Positions 54,433 through 64,000 of a stretch of DNA of 64,000 bases are shown here, one piece after another. The position numbers and the translations under genes were made by a program. Origin of the DNA: an uncultured Chloroflexia bacterium (GTDB lineage Bacteria; Chloroflexota; Anaerolineae; CG2-30-64-16); contig CAVZDU010000001.1 in the NCBI GenBank assembly GCA_963774265.1, positions 320,001 to 384,000 on the forward strand. The letters are read 5' to 3'. The notes under the pieces are model-generated. The model was not told the DNA's origin. It saw nothing but the letters and a program-made list of their open reading frames with translations, and made no database searches. Position 1 is the first letter of the stretch, and each line of letters starts with the position of its first letter.

Positions 54433-54536
54433 GTTCAGATAGTCCTCTTTCAGAGGTGAGTTCTAAGCAGGGTCTCTGGACACAGAACATGGTGCGTCCG
54501 TGTCCAGAGAAGCTCATTTTCGGGGCCGTCCCACTC

Positions 54537-55868
54537 CTACGGAGCGGTAAGCAGACTCACTGCCCAGAAGTCGCGTATTTGGCTGTTGTTCTTATACGCG
54601 AATAGATCATCGCTCGGCCAGAGCGAGACTTCAGATAGCGGAGGCATGCCTTCGGCAACGGTAAGGCCTTCGGCCGGTGGGTAGACACCGATCTTGTTCC
54701 AGGGATCGAAACCATCCTCCGAGAGAGCGAATTTGATGAACAGTTTGGCAGCATTGGGGTGCGCAGACTTGTTGGCAATGGCCAGATAGTTGGCTTTCAA
54801 CACACCGCTCACTGGTTTGAGAGTGAGACAGGGCGCCATGGCCAATTCTCCATCCATCGTAGTCTCATAGCTGTCCCAACCGGTCCAGCCATACCCGGGT
54901 TCCACTGCTTTGTCCATGCCCAGCGTGGCATAGGCCGCGTCGACCTCATCGCCGCCGGGCTGGATGCCGGGTTTGTTCTGGGCCAGCTTCTTCAGGAACA
55001 GGTAACCTGCATTGGAGACGTCCTTGCTATACGCGGGGTCGGTGGTCCAGTCTTTGCCGTAGAATTCCTGGTAGTTCGCGGCCATTTGATCGGCGTGTTC
55101 TACGATCAGGGCGATCTTGGCTGTGGTGCTGGAATCAGCGATGGGATCCTCCATGTAGAACTTGCCCTTTAGTTTCGGTTCGGTCAGCTCCCACCAGCTC
55201 TTGAGCGGGCAGCCGTCCGGGTTGATCTCCTGGTTGTAGCCTATGACATCCGCTGCGCGGCGCGAAAGCGCATACGGCCGTTCTGGGGTCACCTCCTTTT
55301 CCACCACACCCGGGGGGAGGTACCACCAGATCCATTGATTGGGCATAAACTCGCCGTACAGCAGATGCCCGTCGCTGTTGAACCAGACATCCCCGACGAC
55401 GTTCCCGGCTTCCTGCTCTGCCTGCATCTTGACGGCGATGTCATCGGTGTCACCACCCTCCAGTGCGATGTCGGGGTACAGCTCATGCCATTTGTCGAGT
55501 AGCTTCTCAAACTTGGAAGAGTTGGCGTAGACAACCACTTTCCCTTCCTTCTTTGCTGCCGCTTCGACGGCCGCCCAGTCCTCCTCGGCGGGCTGATACG
55601 GTCCCAGGCCATTTGCTTTCGCCCATTCCTCCGCAGCAGTGAGAGTGGGTCCTGGTACGGCGGTCGGCGGGGCTGCGGTCGGCGGGGCTACGGTTGGCGG
55701 TACGGCGGTCGGCGCCGGGGCCGCGGGAGCAGCGGTCGGCGGCACGGCGGTGGGCGGCACGACGGTCGGCGCCGGGGCCGCGGGAGCAGCGGTCGGCGCC
55801 GGGGAGGCGCAGGCCGCCAACAAGGTGATAAGCAAGAATGCGAGAGTAATCCTACTGAACCCTTTCAT
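54537..55868 (-). CDS. ABC substrate-binding lipoprotein (AfuA/FbpA-like cluster)
   Basis: Lipobox LAAC, P/A/T linker, AAKKEGKVVVY, DVWF, AHPNAAKLFIKF. Confidence 0.85.
   Translation of the reverse strand: MKGFSRITLAFLLITLLAACASPAPTAAPAAPAPTVVPPTAVPPTAAPAAPAPTAVPPTVAPPTAAPPTAVPGPTLTAAEEWAKANGLGPYQPAEEDWAAVEAAAKKEGKVVVYANSSKFEKLLDKWHELYPDIALEGGDTDDIAVKMQAEQEAGNVVGDVWFNSDGHLLYGEFMPNQWIWWYLPPGVVEKEVTPERPYALSRRAADVIGYNQEINPDGCPLKSWWELTEPKLKGKFYMEDPIADSSTTAKIALIVEHADQMAANYQEFYGKDWTTDPAYSKDVSNAGYLFLKKLAQNKPGIQPGGDEVDAAYATLGMDKAVEPGYGWTGWDSYETTMDGELAMAPCLTLKPVSGVLKANYLAIANKSAHPNAAKLFIKFALSEDGFDPWNKIGVYPPAEGLTVAEGMPPLSEVSLWPSDDLFAYKNNSQIRDFWAVSLLTAP
55706..55798 (-). repeat. 36-bp exact repeat (57-bp period) in the Pro/Ala/Thr linker
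   Basis: CGGTCGGCGCCGGGGCCGCGGGAGCAGCGGTCGGCG at 55706-55741 and 55763-55798. Confidence 0.8.
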
Positions 55869-55971
55869 GTCTCCTCCTGGTTACCAGAGAATAGGTTGTC
55901 CACAGGACGCGTGATCGATCGAGGGCCGACGCTTCATCTGAGATTGGGTTGTTCAATAACTCCTCCTTTGG

Positions 55972-57055
55972 TCATGGCGAAATCAGATCGCCGCTCGCTT
56001 TGTCGTACAGGTTCAGAGTCGCGGGGTCGAAGCTCAGCCAGATCCGCTCATCCATCTTGGTCTTGCTGATGCCCATTACTTTGACTGTGACCTCAGTGTT
56101 TTCCAGGCGCGCTGATGATGGTTGAGTCGGCTCCCGACGGCAGAACCGAATATGCGGTAAACTCCGCAGCGCCCGGGATGGGTGTTGTCGAGATGGCGAT
56201 ATCTTCCGGCCGGGCGGCCACCACCACTTCTCCGGTCGCGTGGTGCGTGTTGAGGGTGACCTTGAATCTGCCCAAGTCGACCGAATTATGCCCATCCACG
56301 ACACCATTCAGCAGGTTCACTTTGGGGTTGCCGATAAAATCGGCCACAAACAGGTTGGCCGGATAGTGATACACGCGGTCGGGGGTGTCTAATTGCTGCA
56401 GGACGCCCTCCTTCATCACTGCAATCTGGGAAGACATGGTCAACGCTTCCACCTGGTCGTGTGTGACATAGACCGTAGTCGCCCCGGAAACATGGTGCAG
56501 GTGTTTGATTTCCGCCCGCATATCCATGCGCAAGCGTGCGTCCAGGTTGGACAGTGGCTCATCCATCAAGAAGACCTTGGGGCGGTAGGCCAGCATGCGG
56601 GCGAGAGCGATGCGCTGTTGTTGCCCGCCGCTCATCTCGCGCGGATAGCGGTCCGCGTACCCCTCCATTTGCACTTCGGCCAGGGCTTCTCTTGTCCGCT
56701 TTTCAATTTCGGCCCTGGGCTGTTTCTGGATCTCCAGCGCGAAGGTCATGTTTTTTTGGACCGTCATGTGTGGCCAGAGGGCATAGTTCTGAAAGACAAG
56801 ACCCAGGTCGCGCTTGCCGGGAGGTAGCGAGATGCCCCGCTCGCGAGAAAAGACCAGCTTGTCCCCGATAAGGATCTCTCCTCCATCTGGGTCTTCCAGG
56901 CCAGCCAGGCAGCGCAGCAAGGTCGTCTTGCCGCATCCGGAAGGGCCCAGAAGGGTCAGGAAGCTTCCGGATTCGACAGTCAGGCTGACACCATTGACAG
57001 CGACGACGCTGCCGAAACGCTTGGTGAGGTTGCGAATCATGATGGTTGTTGACAC
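55972..57055 (-). CDS. ABC transporter ATP-binding protein, FbpC/PotA type (frameshift near 56105)
   Basis: GPSGCGKTT, FQNYALWPH, MSGGQQQR, MDEPLSNLD, VTHDQ; C-terminal TOBE in alternate frame. Confidence 0.92.
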
Positions 57056-57068
57056 GGTTGCCTCTCCC

Positions 57069-58904
57069 TTACATTCCAAGACCCTTCTTAAGACTGCCGC
57101 CCCGGATTCGACTGATGAAAAAGTAACCAATTGCAACGAGCACGATCAGGATCAAGATGACAGCGTTCGCCATCTGGGCATCGCCGTTTTCGGTATAGAA
57201 CATGGTCTGGCTGGCGAGCACTTGGGTTTGTGGCGTGACCAGCAGGATGATCAAAGACAGTTCGCGCATGGTGGTGATAAACGTCAGCAGGAATCCGGCG
57301 ACAAAGCCGCTGCTGGTGAGCGGAAAGATAATGCGCCTGAAACGCTGCCAGATGTTGGCGCCGGCGACCATGCCCGCCTCCTCCAGTTCCCGGCCGACCT
57401 GCATCATGGCCGAAACCCCCGAACGGGAGGAATAGGGGATATGTTTGGCCACCGAGACTACCACCAACAGGGTGAAAGTCCCGTACAACGCTGGGATCGG
57501 CCCCAGTGGCTTAATGAACATCGCAATGTAGACTGCGCCAAAGGCAATGCCGGGGATCACGTACGGAATGAAGGCCAATTGCTCGACCAGTTTACTTAGC
57601 CGGGTACCCCGGCCTTTGACAATAGCATAGCCGAGAATAATACCCAGGAGGGCCGTGAATAAGGCCGTCCATATCGAAAGCCGGATGGAGTTCCAGGCGG
57701 TCATGTAGATTTTCGGGTTGCGCAGGACTCCAGGCTCTCCATGGTTATAAATCGTGTTGCGCGCTCCAATCCAGTGCTGTAAGGAGAGATTGCTCAGGCT
57801 GTAATTCCCATCCTGCAACATCAATGTGGAATAGACCAGAAGGCCCAACGGAACGACGATGACAAAGATCTGAAACACGATCGCGGCGATCAGCGCAACA
57901 CGTTTCATCTTTCCCAGCTTGTTCACCTGCGCAACGAAGCCTCGTCCGCCAATCGTCTCGTAGCTCTTGCGCGTCCCGACCAATCTCTGGTTGAGTCGAA
58001 TAATAGTCATAGACATTAGAACCAATACGATTGCCAGCACAAAGGCATCCGCTTTATCTCCAACGCCTATACTGCCGCGGATCATGGTGGCCACTACATA
58101 GTACCTGACCGGTGTTCCGAGGATATTTGGCCCACCGAAGGTGCCCAGCACCTTGGAAAAAGTCATGATGAAACCCGAGAGGATCGCCGGCAGGACGAGC
58201 GGGAAGGTGATCTTGCGCAGAATGCGCCAACGGCTGGCGCCCGCCAATTCTCCAGCTTCTTCCAGGTTGGAATCAATTGACATCAACGCCGCCGACACGA
58301 ACAGGAAAAAGAACGTGTAGTAGTGCAGCGCGCTGCAGATGATGATGGGCACCGGCCCGTACGATAGCCAGCTTGGGGGGCTTTGTCCCACCAGGTACTC
58401 AAAAACTCCCGACGTTCCGCCAGAAAGCCTGTTCTTGAAAAACACGAGCCAAGCCTGGGCCAGGGTCCAGGATGGCATAATGTAGGGGATCACCGCCAGT
58501 TGATTGACGAGCTTTCTGCCCGGCATATCGGTGCGGACGACCAACCAGGCCAAGGAACCGCCGATCAAAAGCGCAAGCAGGGTGGCTCCAATTGCTATGG
58601 TCATCGAATGCTGAAGCGGGGTATACATGTAGATTTTCCCGAAAACGCCCGTAAGCATCCTGACATAGTGAAAAATCGTGAGTCCGCCGACCTCAGCGTC
58701 CGGGACGCGGGTGAGATCATGAGGCTGCCAGGTCACCGTAGTCGCAACCATGCGAAACAAAGGTATGATGACCATGTAGAACATCAAGACCAGCATGATC
58801 AAGGACAGAACGACTCGGGCGCTCGTCAGCCAGCGGATGAACCTTCTGGAGGAGGCAAGGAGTCGCAACGAAAACAGTTGCCGAGACGCCGGAGTGACAG
58901 CCAT
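57069..58904 (-). CDS. ABC permease, fused double-domain AfuB/FbpB type
   Basis: RTDMPGR, two EAA motifs (LEEAGELAGAS, LEEAGMVAGA), many TM helices. Confidence 0.92.
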   Translation of the reverse strand: MAVTPASRQLFSLRLLASSRRFIRWLTSARVVLSLIMLVLMFYMVIIPLFRMVATTVTWQPHDLTRVPDAEVGGLTIFHYVRMLTGVFGKIYMYTPLQHSMTIAIGATLLALLIGGSLAWLVVRTDMPGRKLVNQLAVIPYIMPSWTLAQAWLVFFKNRLSGGTSGVFEYLVGQSPPSWLSYGPVPIIICSALHYYTFFFLFVSAALMSIDSNLEEAGELAGASRWRILRKITFPLVLPAILSGFIMTFSKVLGTFGGPNILGTPVRYYVVATMIRGSIGVGDKADAFVLAIVLVLMSMTIIRLNQRLVGTRKSYETIGGRGFVAQVNKLGKMKRVALIAAIVFQIFVIVVPLGLLVYSTLMLQDGNYSLSNLSLQHWIGARNTIYNHGEPGVLRNPKIYMTAWNSIRLSIWTALFTALLGIILGYAIVKGRGTRLSKLVEQLAFIPYVIPGIAFGAVYIAMFIKPLGPIPALYGTFTLLVVVSVAKHIPYSSRSGVSAMMQVGRELEEAGMVAGANIWQRFRRIIFPLTSSGFVAGFLLTFITTMRELSLIILLVTPQTQVLASQTMFYTENGDAQMANAVILILIVLVAIGYFFISRIRGGSLKKGLGM

Positions 58905-58923
58905 GCTTATACTCCTACGCTTG

Positions 58924-59800
58924 TCAAGTCATGCTGGGGAGTTCGAAATGATAAGCCACGCGCATTCTCTCCATCCGTTCAAGCGCGCCAAGGCTTTCCT
59001 GCGGCCGCGCCATTGCAACAGCCAGGATCAAGGCATTCACGATCGCCATCGGCACGGTCAACGAATGAAAAGTCGATACAGGTCCTCGGCGTGCGGCAAG
59101 CACTACATCCACCTTGTCTCGGAATGCCGCACCCAGGGTATCGGTGAGCAAAATACTGTGACAACCGACAGTGTGCGCGTGTTCCACCGTAGCGGCCAAC
59201 TCGGTGCTCTTGTGATGAAATCCTGTGATCACGACCGCATCTTGCGGCTGAAGCAGTTGAAGCTTTTCGACCATGTCGCGGCCCGATTCGGTGATAGCGA
59301 TGGCATCGATGCCGAAGCGCCGCAATCGAAGCTCAAGCAAATCGGCCAGGATGGCCGAGGGTCCACCGCCGCGCACAAACACCCGGCGGCCATTCAGGAC
59401 GATCTCGACCGCCCGATCGAAATCAGCCGTGGAGACGCTGCGCTCGGCCTCAGCCAGGTATTGTATTTCCATATCGAGGACTTTAGGGAGGATGTGGCCC
59501 TGGCTGCCTGAAAGCTCGGCGAGTTTATGTTGGAGCCGGGCGGCCGGGGTAACCTGACCCCGGTAAAGATCCTGGATGGCGCGCTTAAGCTTCAGGAAAG
59601 CCATCGTAGCCAATAACCTTGGCGAAGCGCACTACCGTGGCTTCGCTCATTTGGAGGCGGCGCGCGAGGTCGGCCGCGGAGAGAAACGCGGCCTCATCAT
59701 AGCTCGTTAGCAGGTAAGTAGCGATGCGCTGTTGGCTCTTGGAAAGGTCCAACATGCGCGCTTCGAGTTGACGGCGAAAACCGGCAAGTTCCTCGTCCAT
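58924..59800 (-). CDS. RpiR/MurR family regulator (HTH + SIS; frameshift near 59605)
   Basis: LSKSQQRIATYL, MSEATVVRFAK, SIS domain GGGPS, LLTD. Confidence 0.88.
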
Positions 59801-59870
59801 GAGTACTCCCGAGTCCTCAAAAGAGCTCTTGCGTGGATAATCAGGAAGCACGACCGCCAAATGATGCAAG

Positions 59871-59911
59871 ATTATACCACATATTAATTCAGAATGCAAG
59901 AGAGATTTCAT
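59871..59911 (-). promoter_or_regulatory. Promoter of the RpiR operon with candidate RpiR box
   Basis: TTGCAT-N17-TATAAT with TGn; ATGAAATCTCTCTTGCAT pseudo-palindrome overlaps the -35. Confidence 0.6.
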
Positions 59912-59950
59912 GTCAGAATCTTCTCTTGACAACCGCGATGCCCTGGTAGT

Positions 59951-59994
59951 ATACTCTGACCGTCTTGCACACGTGTGCAAGACGGTCAGAGTAT
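59951..59994. promoter_or_regulatory. 44-bp perfect palindrome with central LacI-type operator
   Basis: ATACTCTGACCGTCTTGCACACGTGTGCAAGACGGTCAGAGTAT equals its own reverse complement; TTGACA at 59926 upstream. Confidence 0.75.
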
Positions 59995-60055
59995 GGAGTA
60001 ACAAGGCCCGCATTTCCATCAGCCAGCCCGCTCGTTCGGAGGAGTCAGGAGTGTC

Positions 60056-61063
60056 GTGAAGACCTCCATCAAGGATATTGCCCGGGCTGCCGGCATCTCC
60101 CATTCAACGGTCTCCAGGGCGCTGAACGACAGCCCCCTGGTCAACACCGAAACGAAGGCGCGCGTCCGGCGCCTGGCGCAGGAGTTGGGCTACTCGCCCG
60201 ACGCGGCCGCGCGCAGCCTCGTCAGCGGCCGGACACGCACGGTCGGGGTGGTGGTCACAACCATCGCGGACCCGTTTGTCGCGGTTGTCATGGAGGGCAT
60301 CGAGCGCACGGCCTACGCATGCGGCTATTCCCTGATCCTCGCCGCGTCGCACAACGAACCGCAACGCGAGATCGCAGCAGTCGAGATGCTGCGATCCAAG
60401 CGTGTTGACTCAGTGATCGTGACATCGTCGCGCGTCGGCACGCTGCACCAGGAGCGGCTCGGTTCCGCGGGCGTGCCGGTGATCCTGCTCAACAGCCACA
60501 GCCAGCAAAAGATGCCCAATGCATACTCCGTGCGGGTCGATGACATACACGGCGGCCGACTGGCCACCGAGTATCTGCTCGGGCTTGGTCACCGGCGCAT
60601 CGCCCACGTGGCCGGCCTTGAAGGGCACAGCGATAGCAACGACCGACTCGACGGGTACCGGAGCGCTCTGGACGGGGCCGGCATCGCCTTTGATCCGGCG
60701 TATGTCGTAAGCGGGACCGGCCGGCTCGATGGCGGCCGCGAGGCGCTGCCGGCACTCCTGGAGCTGCGCGAACGGCCCAGTGCCGTCTTCTGCTACAACG
60801 ATATGACCGCAATCGGGCTGCTCTCTGCCGCGCGGGCTGCGGGGGTGGCTGTGCCGCGTGACCTGGCGGTGGTCGGATTTGATGACATCCCATGGGCCGC
60901 GCACGTCACGCCGGCCCTCACCACGGTCGCACAGCCGATGTTCGAGCTCGGCGAGCGCGCAATGAACATGGCTCTCGTGCTCATGAGTCACAAGGGAATC
61001 GCCCCCTGCGATGTGACGGATGTGATCCTGCAGGGACAGTTGATCGTGAGAGAATCCACTTAA
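60056..61063 (+). CDS. LacI family transcriptional regulator
   Basis: SIKDIARAAGISHSTVSRALN, YSPDAAARSL, NDMTAIG, GFDD, LTTV, LIVREST. Confidence 0.95.
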   Translation: MKTSIKDIARAAGISHSTVSRALNDSPLVNTETKARVRRLAQELGYSPDAAARSLVSGRTRTVGVVVTTIADPFVAVVMEGIERTAYACGYSLILAASHNEPQREIAAVEMLRSKRVDSVIVTSSRVGTLHQERLGSAGVPVILLNSHSQQKMPNAYSVRVDDIHGGRLATEYLLGLGHRRIAHVAGLEGHSDSNDRLDGYRSALDGAGIAFDPAYVVSGTGRLDGGREALPALLELRERPSAVFCYNDMTAIGLLSAARAAGVAVPRDLAVVGFDDIPWAAHVTPALTTVAQPMFELGERAMNMALVLMSHKGIAPCDVTDVILQGQLIVREST

Positions 61064-61079
61064 TCATCAGGAGGCATGC

Positions 61080-62125
61080 ATGAACAAAATGAAAGCACTC
61101 GTTTTCCGGGGTGGCGGCAAGCTCGAGCTCACCGAAATCCCGATCCCGAAGGTCACGCAGCCCGACGATGTGTTGCTCAAGGTGAAGGCGGTCGGCATCT
61201 GCGGCACTGACGTCAAGATCCTCGAAGGCAAGCACCACTTCAAGCAGAACACGGTGCTGGGCCACGAGTTCTGCGGCGAGGTCGTCGAGGTCGGCTCGCA
61301 CGTGAAGTACATCAAGGTCGGGCGATCGCGTGGCGATTGACAACAACATCCGCTGCGGCTTCTGCTCCTTCTGCCGCATGGGCCTGAGCAGCCAGTGCGT
61401 CGAGATCAAGTTCAATGCGCTCGGCGTGATGCGCGATGGCGGCTACGCCGAGTACTGCGTCGTGCCGGAGAAGCAGTGCTTCGTGCTGCCGGACGAGATT
61501 GACGACGTGCTGGGCACGCAGGTCGAGACGCTGGCGACGGTGGTCAACGGCATGAACACGCTGCAAATGCTGCCCTACGATTACGTGATGATCCTCGGCT
61601 TCGGCCCGATCGGCTATCTCTTCGCCCAGTTCGCCAAGAACATCGCGGCCAAGGTCGCGGTGACCGAGATTGACCCGTTCCGCATCGGCGTGGCGAAGGA
61701 ATGCGGGCTGACGGTCTGGAATCCGAACGAGGTGGACGTAGTCGAGAAGATCACCGAGTTCACCTACGGCCGCAAAGCCGACATCGTGATCGAGGCGACC
61801 GGCAACGCGCTCGACCAGGCGCTCCAGTGCGTGACGCCGGGCGGCAAGGTGCTGCCCTTCGGCATGGATTCGAGCGTCCACATCGACGTGACGCCGAACG
61901 AGATCACCCGCTGGGCGACGAAAGTCCTGGGGCTGTACCTGGGCCAGAACACCATGGTGCCCTCGATCCGCGTCTTCCAGGAGAACCGGCTGAACATGAA
62001 GCCGTTCTTCACCAAGGTGATCCCGCTTGGAGGATGGCCCGGAAGCGTTTTGCGACCTGGGCCTGGACGCCGCGACCATGACCCATGGTCCCAAGAAGGC
62101 TATGAAGATCGTGATGAAAGCATAG
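61080..62125 (+). CDS. Zn-dependent (polyol/sugar) dehydrogenase, MDR family (2 frameshifts)
   Basis: GICGTD, LGHEFCG, CGFCSFC...C structural Zn, GFGPIG. Confidence 0.88.
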
Positions 62126-62297
62126 CTCCTCCTCACTCCCTCCCTCATCAGGGATGGATGGGGGAGGATGTGAGACGGCATGAAAAAATCAAGCGAGTGC
62201 GCAACGGAGCCGGACACAGACCTTCTGACTTTATTGCAGGCGCTGCGGCGTTCTAATATAATGAGGGTGTGATCGTTTCACGTTGGCGAGGTGATCT

Positions 62298-63251
62298 TTG
62301 ACTGCATCACGCTACGCTGAACTGGTTGAACCAGGCAAGTTCGCCATCCGGGAAGAAAACCTGGTTCCCTCCGATGACCAACTCCTGATCCGCATCACCC
62401 ATTGCGGTATCTGCCAATACGATGGCGTCTATTACAAGGGCATCGTTGGCAAGACACCCATGAGCATCGGCCACGAACCGGTGGGGATCGTCGAAGAGGC
62501 GGGGCGGAACGTACGAGGATTCGTCCCTGGTGACCGGGTGACTGGCCTGTATGCTTACCTGCGCGCGTTTGCCACCTATGGCTTGGCCGAACCTCATCAG
62601 TTGATCAAAGTGCCCGACCACGTTCCCTCGGAACAGGCCATCGGCGAGCCGCTCAAGTGCATCGGCACGATTCTCCGTGCAGCCCCGCCCGAATTTGGCG
62701 ATCACGTCCTGGTGATGGGCAGCGGTTTTATGGGCTTGCTGGTGCTGGCGGGCCTGGTGGGTCGCGGGGTGGCCTCACTGATTGCGGCGGATGTTCGCGA
62801 AGATCGTCTGTCTTTGGCCAGAGAATTCGGCGCAACCCATACGATCAACGCGCGCGACCCTGATTTCCTGGCCAAGGTGCAGGAAATCACCCACGGACAC
62901 GGAACCGATGTCGTCGTTGAGGTGACCAGCAGCGCCGAAGCGGTGGAAATGGCGGCCAAAACCCTGCGTCGAACCCGCGGCCGGTACGTGCTGGCAGGCT
63001 GGCACGGCCAGCCCGGCACCTATACCCTGCGCAACTGGACTACCCGTGGCGCGATCATTCTGAGCGCCCATCCTTCGTTTTCAATGGATGAGTTTGAGGA
63101 TATGCGCCGGGCGATGGATGGGTTGGCCCGAGGCGTCTTCCCGATGAGCCGTCTCGTCACCCATCGCTTCCCCCTGGACGAGATTCAAACGGCCTTTGAG
63201 ATTGCGATGGCCGGGGCAGATGGCTACATCAAGGGCGTGATTATGCCCTAG
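62298..63251 (+). CDS. Zn-binding MDR dehydrogenase lacking the structural-Zn loop
   Basis: CGICQYD, IGHE, EPLKC, GSGFMG, THRFPL. Confidence 0.85.
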   Translation: MTASRYAELVEPGKFAIREENLVPSDDQLLIRITHCGICQYDGVYYKGIVGKTPMSIGHEPVGIVEEAGRNVRGFVPGDRVTGLYAYLRAFATYGLAEPHQLIKVPDHVPSEQAIGEPLKCIGTILRAAPPEFGDHVLVMGSGFMGLLVLAGLVGRGVASLIAADVREDRLSLAREFGATHTINARDPDFLAKVQEITHGHGTDVVVEVTSSAEAVEMAAKTLRRTRGRYVLAGWHGQPGTYTLRNWTTRGAIILSAHPSFSMDEFEDMRRAMDGLARGVFPMSRLVTHRFPLDEIQTAFEIAMAGADGYIKGVIMP

Positions 63252-63279
63252 TCGATGTCACCAGAACAGGCAAAACTTC

Positions 63280-64000
63280 ATGTCAAACCTGGCCGTCGGC
63301 ATAGATATTGGTGGTACCAAAATAGCCGCTGGCGTGATTGACTCGTCGGCTCGGGTCGTGGCCCGGTATATCTCCAAAACCCATGCCGGGCAGCCTCCTG
63401 ACGATGTTATCGCGGCCACTGTGGAAGCTTTTCACGCCGTTCTTGCTCAGGCTGGCTTACAGCGAGGCCAGGTAGCCGGCTTGGGTGTAGGTTTCGGGGG
63501 GCACGTTCACGGGGCAGCCGGCCTTATCTTGACCAGCAGCAATTTGCCGGCCTGGGACAATTACCCTCTGCGCGACCACTTGCAGACCCGTCTCGGCGTG
63601 CCGGTTATCCTGGAGAATGACTCGAACTGCGCTGCCTGGGGTGAGTACCTCTTCGGAGCCGGGCAGGGATCACGCTACTTGTGCTATGTGACCTTTAGCA
63701 CCGGATACGGCCTGGGAGTGGTCATTGATGGTAAGTTGTATGTCGGCGCCACGGGCACTACCGGCGAGTTGGCTCACATCGTCGTCCACCCTGACGGCCC
63801 GTTGTGCACTTGCGGCAAGCGTGGATGCCTGATCTGCTATACGGCGGGGTTAGGTATTTCCCGGCTCGTGCGTGAGCGGCTCGACCGGGGTGAACAGACG
63901 CTGCTGCGCGAGTTGTGTGGTCCGACACCTGCTCGGGTGGCCGGGGAAATCGTCGTTCAAGCTGCCGAACGAGGCGACCAGATGGCCCAGGATGTCCTGG
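63280..64000 (+). CDS. ROK family sugar kinase (partial, runs off window)
   Basis: GIDIGGTK, ENDSNCAAWGE, STGYGLG, GELAH, CTCGKRGCL. Confidence 0.9.
   Translation, partial: MSNLAVGIDIGGTKIAAGVIDSSARVVARYISKTHAGQPPDDVIAATVEAFHAVLAQAGLQRGQVAGLGVGFGGHVHGAAGLILTSSNLPAWDNYPLRDHLQTRLGVPVILENDSNCAAWGEYLFGAGQGSRYLCYVTFSTGYGLGVVIDGKLYVGATGTTGELAHIVVHPDGPLCTCGKRGCLICYTAGLGISRLVRERLDRGEQTLLRELCGPTPARVAGEIVVQAAERGDQMAQDVL

Noticed and set aside
54537-58904. Plain ferric-iron ABC transporter annotation
   Set aside because: Family assignment fits, but the RpiR/HAD/mutase/PiT context points to a phosphorylated organic ligand; kept open pending ligand tests
62126-62170. Imperfect purine/pyrimidine hairpin after the first dehydrogenase
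   Set aside because: Weak pairing, no U-tract and single copy in the window; cannot be assigned

Overview
GC-rich bacterial chromosomal window. The P/T/A-rich lipoprotein linkers and gene repertoire suggest Chloroflexota (inference only). Many genes, including essential metG, gatA and gatB, are broken by single-base indels, which look like long-read sequencing errors rather than pseudogenes. Left to right: TetR, MnSOD, a KimA-like K+ permease with two TrkA genes, a complete IS1182-family element, metG, a SufR-like/moaA/erpA/rtcB run followed by four tandem B12-binding radical-SAM genes, a patch of toxin-antitoxin genes and remnants with two kinds of miniature inverted-repeat element, an M1 peptidase, a LysM lipoprotein, gatCA-UGPase-aminotransferase-gatB, an ABC-F gene behind an apparent leaderless-uORF attenuator, and several housekeeping enzymes. 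The most striking locus is a ~15.5 kb minus-strand operon (44257-59800). It encodes an RpiR regulator, an AfuABC-type ABC importer, four HAD domains in three genes, a HAD fused to a circularly permuted GpmI-type phosphomutase, an ApgM-type mutase, two paralogous uridine-kinase-like proteins with an unrecognised N-terminal domain, a TIM-barrel isomerase and a PiT transporter. It faces a divergent LacI/dehydrogenase/ROK cluster. This looks like an undescribed pathway for importing and remodelling a (poly)phosphorylated metabolite. No rRNA, tRNA or CRISPR array was seen.
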